Origin: Patescibacteria group bacterium
GTDB taxonomy: Bacteria > Patescibacteriota > Minisyncoccia > UBA6257 > GWB1-50-10
NCBI GenBank assembly: GCA_040757555.1
Contig: JBFLWN010000001.1
Location: 119,128-170,774, forward strand
Direction: 5' to 3'
DNA: 51,647 nt
In this document: positions 45,349 through 51,647 of the stretch, one piece after another
Layout: each line of letters begins with the position of its first letter
How positions within the stretch are numbered: the stretch's first letter is position 1
Notes under the pieces: generated by a model
Database searches by the model: none
The model's input: the letters and a program-made list of their open reading frames with translations, nothing else
Told to the model about the DNA's origin: nothing
Made by a program: the position numbers and the translations under genes

Positions 45349-46470
45349 TTATTTTAAGGCAAAAGGATTTTTTGCTCCCAAGACTTCAAAATGGAGATGA
45401 CACCCAGTGGTTCCTTGTGTGTTTCCCGAGCTCCCTATAAACGCAATGTTCTTTCCCTGAGAAACAACATCTCCTACTTTTACAATATTTTTTAGTGTGT
45501 GCGCATAACGCGTATGTGTTTTGTTTGGATGTTCTATGAGAACATAATTTCCGTATCCTCCATTCCATGACCCATCGGAAGATTCTTCTATCACTACTCC
45601 ATCTGCTGCTGCATAAATACTACTTCCGCACGTATTCGCTATATCAACTGCATTATATTCGTGTAATTTCCCCCAATTCCACCCCTTCGCAGGAAGTATA
45701 AAATAACCGGTAAGTGTGGCAAGATTTTCCTTTTCTGTTTCTTTTTGTGTAGCGAGCCAGGACCCTTCTTTTGTGTATGGAAGAACTAATTTTGCTCCGG
45801 GCGCTTCAAGAAGTTTTGTATATTCTGGGTTATACTTTTTTATAATTTCCTGACTTGCCCCAAGGCGATCTGAAATTTGTTGTAGTGTATCTCCTTTTTG
45901 TATGACATATAACGACCCGGATGTTGGAAGAATTAATAATTCTTGCCCTGTTTTTATTTTTTTTATATGTGCGTTTGAGGCTTGGAGTGTTTCAAGTGTG
46001 ATTCCAAACTGAGCAGCAACACTCGAGAGGGTGTCTCCTTTTTTCATTTTATATTTTCTAATTCCCTCTCTTGCAGAAACGTCACCAATAAGTGCGGGGG
46101 GTACCCCAAAAAAAGAGCTCTCGTCTTTGGAAAGAAAAAGCCCATTGTCACCTTGTTCGTCTTCATAATATGACGCCTGTGCAGTTGAAATAGTACCCAA
46201 TTCACTACCAAGTGATCCGGCGGGCCCTCCAATTCCCCACATATCATATTTTTTGTATGCCGAAAACCATGATCCATCTCCCAAAAAAAGGGTTGTGGAA
46301 CACCCTACGGCAACAAGAAAAAACAACGACCAGAGAGTAGCCGTATTTGAAAAACCCCTTAAAAAAGGCTTTATATGTGAAATAAACGTACTTATAAGGC
46401 CATTATAGCAAAAAACCATAAAAAGGGAACTAAAAAGAAAAAATATACTTATCAACAGAAAATATAACAT
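45349..46470 (-). CDS. LysM + M23 family peptidase (start uncertain)
   Basis: Two LysM repeats (KKGDTLSSVA, QKGDTLQQIS), HEYNAVD, GYGNYV, YAH and GCHLHFEV. Confidence 0.85.
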   Translation of the reverse strand: MLYFLLISIFFLFSSLFMVFCYNGLISTFISHIKPFLRGFSNTATLWSLFFLVAVGCSTTLFLGDGSWFSAYKKYDMWGIGGPAGSLGSELGTISTAQASYYEDEQGDNGLFLSKDESSFFGVPPALIGDVSAREGIRKYKMKKGDTLSSVAAQFGITLETLQASNAHIKKIKTGQELLILPTSGSLYVIQKGDTLQQISDRLGASQEIIKKYNPEYTKLLEAPGAKLVLPYTKEGSWLATQKETEKENLATLTGYFILPAKGWNWGKLHEYNAVDIANTCGSSIYAAADGVVIEESSDGSWNGGYGNYVLIEHPNKTHTRYAHTLKNIVKVGDVVSQGKNIAFIGSSGNTQGTTGCHLHFEVLGAKNPFALK

Positions 46471-46500
46471 ATAACTATCGACCGACTTATAAATGTTATA
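46463..46500 (+). repeat. 38-bp dyad site, copy 4; contains the PaaX-like start codon
   Basis: TATAACAT-ATAACTA-TCG-AC-CGA-CTTATAA-ATGTTATA. Confidence 0.85.
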
Positions 46501-46990
46501 TACTAAACACATCGTGGAACGAATCCAAAATAATTCTCTTTCTACAACCATTCTGAATACCATCTCAAAGACAACGGGAGGGATTTTGTTTTCCGATGTG
46601 TGTAGAGAACACAACGTACAAGAAGAAAACATTCGCGTCACACTCTGGAGACTTGAAAAGCGTGGAATGATAGAAAAAAGGGAAAATAAATATGTTTTAT
46701 CTTCTCTCGGAAAAGATTTTTTTGAAAAAAGAAAACAGCCGAAAAAGTGGGATGGAAAATGGAGAATGATTATATTCGATATCCCCGAATCGGAGCGCAC
46801 AAATCGCATTTGGCTTCGCACACAACTTCTTCGAGCGGAATATCAATCGCTACAACGAAGCATCTACCTCGGAAAAAACCCTCTTCCGGAATTTCTTTTT
46901 GATGAGATAAAAAATCGGAAAATGCTTTCATACATACGAATAATTGTGGCCCAAAACATAATAAAAAATTCGCTTCTCTCTGAGAAATAA
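46493..46990 (+). CDS. PaaX-like protein (winged HTH + Cas2/VapD-like ferredoxin domain)
   Basis: IRVTLWRLEKRGMIE (wHTH), WDGKWRMIIFDIPE and LQRSIYL. Confidence 0.78.
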   Translation: MLYTKHIVERIQNNSLSTTILNTISKTTGGILFSDVCREHNVQEENIRVTLWRLEKRGMIEKRENKYVLSSLGKDFFEKRKQPKKWDGKWRMIIFDIPESERTNRIWLRTQLLRAEYQSLQRSIYLGKNPLPEFLFDEIKNRKMLSYIRIIVAQNIIKNSLLSEK

Positions 46991-46997
46991 TAACTAT

Positions 46998-47807
46998 ATG
47001 GGACAAAAACTAGGACAACATTTTTTAAAAAACAAAAAAATACTCCACACAATAGCAGGGATAGTTGAATCGCGTGCGGACGAAACCCTGATTGAGGTGG
47101 GCCCGGGACACGGAGAATTAACCGAAAAACTCAAGACACAAAACGCAAAATGCAAAATTATTGCAATAGAAAAGGACAAAATACTTGCCGAACAATTGGA
47201 GAAAAAATTTGAAAAAGATAAAAATATAAAAATTATGTGCGGTGATGCGCTTTTACTACTTCCTGAAATTGTTAAAAAAATTCGTGGAAATTATATCGTT
47301 GTTGGAAACATTCCTTACTACATCACTGGATATTTATTTCGAACAATCCAAGAATTAAAAAAAAGACCAACTCGTACAGTGGTGATGATACAAAAAGAAG
47401 TTGCAGAACGCATTGTGAAAAAATCGCCCCAGATGAATTTACTCGCGGCAAGTGTTCAATATTGGGCTGATCCAAAAATTATAATGAACGTATCAAAAAA
47501 AGAATTTTCCCCACAACCAAAAATCGATTCCGCGGTGATTGAACTTTATACAAAAAAAACACACCTGAAAAACAATGGGGGAGTAGAAAAAAAATATTAC
47601 AATACACTCAATATATTATTCAAACAACCGAGAAAAACAATTAAAAATAATATAACACTATCATACCGAACGGCTAGAGGGTGTAATACCCAAGAAAAGG
47701 TGGTGTTAAAACAAATAGAAGAAATTAGTGTTCATGCCGAGGGAAGACCACAAGATTTGAGAATTGAGGAAATAAAAAAAATCGCACAAATTATACACCC
47801 CAAATAA
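46998..47807 (+). CDS. rsmA: 16S rRNA dimethyltransferase RsmA/KsgA
   Basis: LGQHFL, EVGPGHG, GNIPYYIT, QKEVAER and PQPKIDSAV. Confidence 0.95.
   Translation: MGQKLGQHFLKNKKILHTIAGIVESRADETLIEVGPGHGELTEKLKTQNAKCKIIAIEKDKILAEQLEKKFEKDKNIKIMCGDALLLLPEIVKKIRGNYIVVGNIPYYITGYLFRTIQELKKRPTRTVVMIQKEVAERIVKKSPQMNLLAASVQYWADPKIIMNVSKKEFSPQPKIDSAVIELYTKKTHLKNNGGVEKKYYNTLNILFKQPRKTIKNNITLSYRTARGCNTQEKVVLKQIEEISVHAEGRPQDLRIEEIKKIAQIIHPK
47651..47688 (+). repeat. 38-bp dyad site, copy 5; in frame inside rsmA
   Basis: TATAACAC-TATCATA-CCG-AA-CGG-CTAGAGG-GTGTAATA. Confidence 0.8.
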
Positions 47808-47810
47808 CAT

Positions 47811-48323
47811 ATGAAAAAAAATATTTATATTTCTATATCCACACTTCTCATTGTTGTGTCCCTGTTTTTTCCAGTGAAAGATGTACGCGCAGAAGTTTCT
47901 ATAATAAAACCATTTGGAGGAAAGGTGATCACATGGCTTCCTTCAGCTCCCGGATGCATAGCATTTACTACCGCCGTCTCTCTTGCGACGTTTGGCACAA
48001 TAAATCCGACCGTCGAGGAACTGGTTGTTGCCCCACCAAACGGAGGAACGTTTGGTATTCTTCGAGTAAATCTCCTTCCGGTACCCCCAACAAAAATTTA
48101 TTCATACAATCAATATCAACTTCCTGGAACAAATGTACTTGGTTCTTCGATTAACGTCTGTGATGCGTGTGAGGCTCTCGATAAACTTCCGTTTCTCAAA
48201 GATATATGTAAAACGGGAGTTTTAAAAAGCATTATTGGAACAATTTGTGATTTTGTTGGGGGAGCATGTCCGGTAACAAATTTAATTTATAAAATGGGAA
48301 CCGCAATAAAACCATCGTTATAA
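47811..48323 (+). CDS. Hypothetical secreted Cys-rich protein
   Basis: Signal peptide (VRA|E), PFGGKV and six Cys. Confidence 0.7.
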   Translation: MKKNIYISISTLLIVVSLFFPVKDVRAEVSIIKPFGGKVITWLPSAPGCIAFTTAVSLATFGTINPTVEELVVAPPNGGTFGILRVNLLPVPPTKIYSYNQYQLPGTNVLGSSINVCDACEALDKLPFLKDICKTGVLKSIIGTICDFVGGACPVTNLIYKMGTAIKPSL

Positions 48324-48332
48324 TTTTATATC

Positions 48333-49079
48333 ATGTCTTTTCTTAAAAAATATAAAAAAACGTTTTCTCTTCTTATTATTATTGGAGCGCTAGTGATATC
48401 GTTTTTTATCGTACGCGAAGAAAAAAAACCAGACTATCTTTTTCAGGTTGTAGAAAATGGACAACTAGGAACCTCAACGCTTAAAAACTTAAACACATTC
48501 AACCTTCCTAACCTCACCAACGAACTCACTAACCAATCAATCCAAAAACTTATTGAAGAAAATGAAAAAAGAGGAACAAAAACAATCGAAACAGCAAAAA
48601 CAATTCCAAACAAAGAAGAAACCCAAAAAATTATTGATGAAATAATTGACAACGAATTAAAATCGGAATTTGTTGATCCACAGACAATTCAGACGTTAAA
48701 AGATGATTCAAAAGAAACCCAGGAAGTATATCTCCTTGTTATTAACAACATAATAAATGGGGTCTCAATAAACACCACACAAGAAACAACAAAAAGCACA
48801 CAAATTTCTGAATATTTTTCTAAAACCGCATCGGCGTTTGCGAGCGCGGAAGAGGTATTGAGAGTAATGAATGTTCCGCGATCGTGGGTTGATATCCACG
48901 CGAAACTTATCGGATTTTTTGCTGCTCAAAAAAACATCTATTCTTCTTTGGCATTAGCAAGCCAAGACCCCCTTCGATTTATGATTGCAATCCAGAGAAT
49001 CGGTAATGAAAGCGAGGGTCGTTTTGAAGCAATTAAGACGGATATAAAGGAGCGAATAAAGAGCGAGGGGTTACTGTAG
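48333..49079 (+). CDS. Hypothetical membrane-anchored helical protein
   Basis: N-terminal TM; VPRSWVDIH segment. Confidence 0.7.
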   Translation: MSFLKKYKKTFSLLIIIGALVISFFIVREEKKPDYLFQVVENGQLGTSTLKNLNTFNLPNLTNELTNQSIQKLIEENEKRGTKTIETAKTIPNKEETQKIIDEIIDNELKSEFVDPQTIQTLKDDSKETQEVYLLVINNIINGVSINTTQETTKSTQISEYFSKTASAFASAEEVLRVMNVPRSWVDIHAKLIGFFAAQKNIYSSLALASQDPLRFMIAIQRIGNESEGRFEAIKTDIKERIKSEGLL

Positions 49080-49109
49080 GGAATTAGTAAATACGATATA
49101 ATAAAAGAA

Positions 49110-50546
49110 ATGGAATTCCTTAAAAAAATATTTGTAATCGGACTTATCGGGACTTTTACTTTTTCTCCTGTGTTTTTTGCACACGCCCAAAGCACATCAA
49201 CCCCGCCTTCGGTATTTGATGGAAAGGGAGATAAAGCCGAAGACCAAGGATTCGAACTTTGTGATAAGGCAGCGAGACTTTCGGTAAGACTTGGAGCAAT
49301 GACCGCGCTGGATCATGTACAAACAGACATATTAAATGGCGGACTTTCTTTTGTGTCTGAACAATTTTCGGGAACAGTGGGAATAAACATAGATTTTGTG
49401 AATTTAAAACAACAGGGTATGCAATATGCATATAATTTTATTTCAAACACACTAAATGATATTTTTGGAAATAAATTAAAAGATGAGGTAAATAAAAAAA
49501 TAGACGACATAAAAGACTCACTTATTGGGAAGGCGACGGGGGCGGTTGAGGATGCTATTTCTCTTGGAGTAAGTCCGATTCCGGTTGCGGAAAAAGGAGA
49601 TCTTTTGGGCCAAACAAAACAACTTGTTGCGGAACAAAAACGACAAGAAGTAATCGCGCAAACACGAAGTAAGTGTGCGGAGCTTTTGAAAAATACCAAC
49701 GAACAAATAAAACGCGCTTTGTTGTATCAGTTTTCTTCGCAGATTACTGATTGGATTACAAGTGGTGAGGCGCCACAATTTGTGAAAGACCCAACCCAGT
49801 TTATAAAAGATACCGCACAACTTGCAGTTGACCGAACAATTTCAAGAATTGCACCACGTCTTTGTACTCCATTTCAACTCTCTATTGTTGCTGAAATTCC
49901 AACAACAAATCGGCAAGCAAATCCATTTTACGAAGAGCTTACTTGTACACTTGATCAAGTAACAGAAAATGTCGAAGCATTTTATAACGATTTCAGAAGT
50001 GGGGGATGGATTTCATATCAAGAAATGTGGAAACCACAAAATAATTATTATGGGGCTTCCATGTTGGTAAACCAAAAAATCCAGGAACAACAAGCAACCG
50101 CAATACAACTCACACAAGAAGATTTACAAAGAGGAAGTGGTTTTCCAAGCCAAACACAATGTACTGAATGGCGACTCTATGTGCCCGCCGATTGCAAATT
50201 AAATTCCCTCCAACACACGTACCAGGATATTCTCCAGGTTCAGGGAAAATGCTTCGCCTCGACAGAAGAAATTCGTGGACCAACCGACGATGGAAAAGCA
50301 CCATCAATACAAGCAGGGGCTCCAGAAGGATCAAAGTGGCAATGTCAAAAAACCGAAATTACAAACCCAGGTACAGTCACCGCTGGTTTGAGTCAAAAAG
50401 CACAACAAGTAGAACTTGATCAGCTTGCTGCCGCAAACGATATAGAGAATTTCTTGGACAACATTACCGACGCCATCGTAAACAAACTCGTAAAATCGGG
50501 TGTGGGTGGACTACAAAAAATATTGAAGGGATTGCCTGGTTTATAA
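49110..50546 (+). CDS. Hypothetical secreted protein (CPR envelope cluster)
   Basis: Signal peptide (AHA|Q), Cys pairs, GGWISY and NNYYG; directly upstream of the VirB6-like gene. Confidence 0.72.
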   Translation: MEFLKKIFVIGLIGTFTFSPVFFAHAQSTSTPPSVFDGKGDKAEDQGFELCDKAARLSVRLGAMTALDHVQTDILNGGLSFVSEQFSGTVGINIDFVNLKQQGMQYAYNFISNTLNDIFGNKLKDEVNKKIDDIKDSLIGKATGAVEDAISLGVSPIPVAEKGDLLGQTKQLVAEQKRQEVIAQTRSKCAELLKNTNEQIKRALLYQFSSQITDWITSGEAPQFVKDPTQFIKDTAQLAVDRTISRIAPRLCTPFQLSIVAEIPTTNRQANPFYEELTCTLDQVTENVEAFYNDFRSGGWISYQEMWKPQNNYYGASMLVNQKIQEQQATAIQLTQEDLQRGSGFPSQTQCTEWRLYVPADCKLNSLQHTYQDILQVQGKCFASTEEIRGPTDDGKAPSIQAGAPEGSKWQCQKTEITNPGTVTAGLSQKAQQVELDQLAAANDIENFLDNITDAIVNKLVKSGVGGLQKILKGLPGL

Positions 50547-50550
50547 AAAA

Positions 50551-51647
50551 ATGAAAAAGAAAACACTATTATCATTCTTGTTTCTTATCATCGCTTTTTC
50601 TGGCGTATTTATGGTTGCAAAAAATGTATCTGCTATTGAACTTGGGCCGTTTATGATACCAAACCTTATTGAGGATATAACAGGATTTAATCCATCAAAA
50701 TTTCTTGGAAACGTTGCAACGGATTGGGTTATTGTTCCTGCGGTTAAGGCATTACTATATGTAGTTGGTGCAATCGCTGCATTCTTGTTTTGGATAGGAG
50801 CACAACTTATTGCGTTTTTCATGTCACTTAATATGGCAATTTTCGAAATGCCACTTGTCGATCTCGGGTGGAGAATTGTTCGTGATATCGCAAACCTTGG
50901 ATTTGTGCTTGCAATTATTATTATCGCAATCGCAATAATTGTGCGATACGAGGAATATGGAACAAAAAAACTACTCCCAAAACTTATTGCCGCTGCAATT
51001 TTGGTAAATTTCAGTTTAACCATTGGAGCGGTTTTTATTGATTTTTCGCACACCCTCACCAATTTCTTTATCTCAAAATCTTCTAGCGGGGGGGATGCAT
51101 TTGGTTTGGTAACAAACCTGGCAAATGGTTTTAATGTACAAAAACTTCTTCAACAAAAAATTGAAGATGGAGGAAGTGATCCAAACCTCATGAATAGTTA
51201 TGAGGGAACCATCACAAAGGGAATAGCTGCGATTATTAGTTTGTTTGCCGCTGCATTATTTACATTTATCTCCGCTCTGACTTTATTGGGAATTGCAATT
51301 ATGCTTCTGGTGCGTTTCATTTATCTTTCCGTGCTTCTTCTTGTTTCTCCTATTATTTATCTCTTTTGGGTTATTCCTGACACACAATCGGTGTGGAAAA
51401 GTTGGTGGAATAGTTTTTTAAAGTGGGTGTTTAACGCTCCCATTCTTACTTCATTTCTCTACCTCACGGTAATATCAACAAAAGCCCTGGGAGATTGGGG
51501 AAAGGGATTCGCCGGTGCGGCCGGATCAAAGATTTACGACAGCGCATCGCTCACTCCAGAAATTCTCATTATTGTCGGAAATGCACTTGTAATGACTGGA
51601 CTTCTTATTGGATCGCTTATGATAGCAAACAGCCTTGGTATCGCGGG
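50551..51647 (+). CDS. VirB6/TrbL-like multi-pass membrane protein, truncated by the right window edge
   Basis: Not in the track because no stop falls in the window. Translated by hand: MKKKTLLSFL...GWRIVRDIANLGF...LLPKLIAAAILVNFS...LLVRFIYL...WKSWWNSFLKWVF. Confidence 0.75.
   Translation, partial: MKKKTLLSFLFLIIAFSGVFMVAKNVSAIELGPFMIPNLIEDITGFNPSKFLGNVATDWVIVPAVKALLYVVGAIAAFLFWIGAQLIAFFMSLNMAIFEMPLVDLGWRIVRDIANLGFVLAIIIIAIAIIVRYEEYGTKKLLPKLIAAAILVNFSLTIGAVFIDFSHTLTNFFISKSSSGGDAFGLVTNLANGFNVQKLLQQKIEDGGSDPNLMNSYEGTITKGIAAIISLFAAALFTFISALTLLGIAIMLLVRFIYLSVLLLVSPIIYLFWVIPDTQSVWKSWWNSFLKWVFNAPILTSFLYLTVISTKALGDWGKGFAGAAGSKIYDSASLTPEILIIVGNALVMTGLLIGSLMIANSLGIA

Noticed and set aside
45349-46821. 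Long N-terminal extensions in the ORF track (M23 to 46821, tsaD from 2509, nusA to 14194, HAD to 17574, 42172)
   Set aside because: They overlap neighbouring genes or promoters and lack family sequence. Downstream starts fit the motifs and -10 spacing.
46493-46990. Cas2
   Set aside because: The Cas2-like segment is fused to a wHTH as in PaaX-like proteins, and there is no cas1 or array.

Overview
This is a chromosomal segment of an AT-rich Patescibacteria (CPR) genome, most likely Parcubacteria. That placement is inferred from the gene set: short ValS and S1, a HAD-IIB PMM-like enzyme, a PaaX-like protein, a VirB2-like pilin array, a VirB6-like protein and a CPR-type GT2. Housekeeping genes present are tsaD, valS, murD, hppA, nusA, ftsK, recA, glyA-folD, ftsH, rpsA, gyrA, rpsO, pnp, comM, rsmA and a Xer-type recombinase. 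There are three tRNA genes (Ile-UAU, Val-UAC, Leu-UAG) and about a dozen small orphan genes between the core genes. I found no rRNA, CRISPR array, prophage or transposase. Main discoveries: (1) A dispersed 38-bp dyad site, YATAACAY-N7-YCG-AM-CGR-N7-RTGTWATA, occurs five times with identical spacing. Four copies sit at edges of orphan insertions, one of which supplies the start codon of the PaaX-like gene, and the fifth lies in frame inside rsmA. (2) A rare tRNA-Ile(UAU) looks remodelled from the adjacent tRNA-Val and is divergent from an orphan RaSEA-like radical SAM gene. (3) Two MITE-like elements with CCCGTTAGA/TCTAACGGG ends each abut a start codon. (4) A 76-bp tandem unit carries a perfect 22-26 bp palindrome. 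(5) Many core genes look leaderless while orphans are SD-led. (6) A five-gene pilin array shares identical DNA patches between neighbours. All calls come from reading the sequence by eye, with no database searches, and functional proposals are hypotheses.
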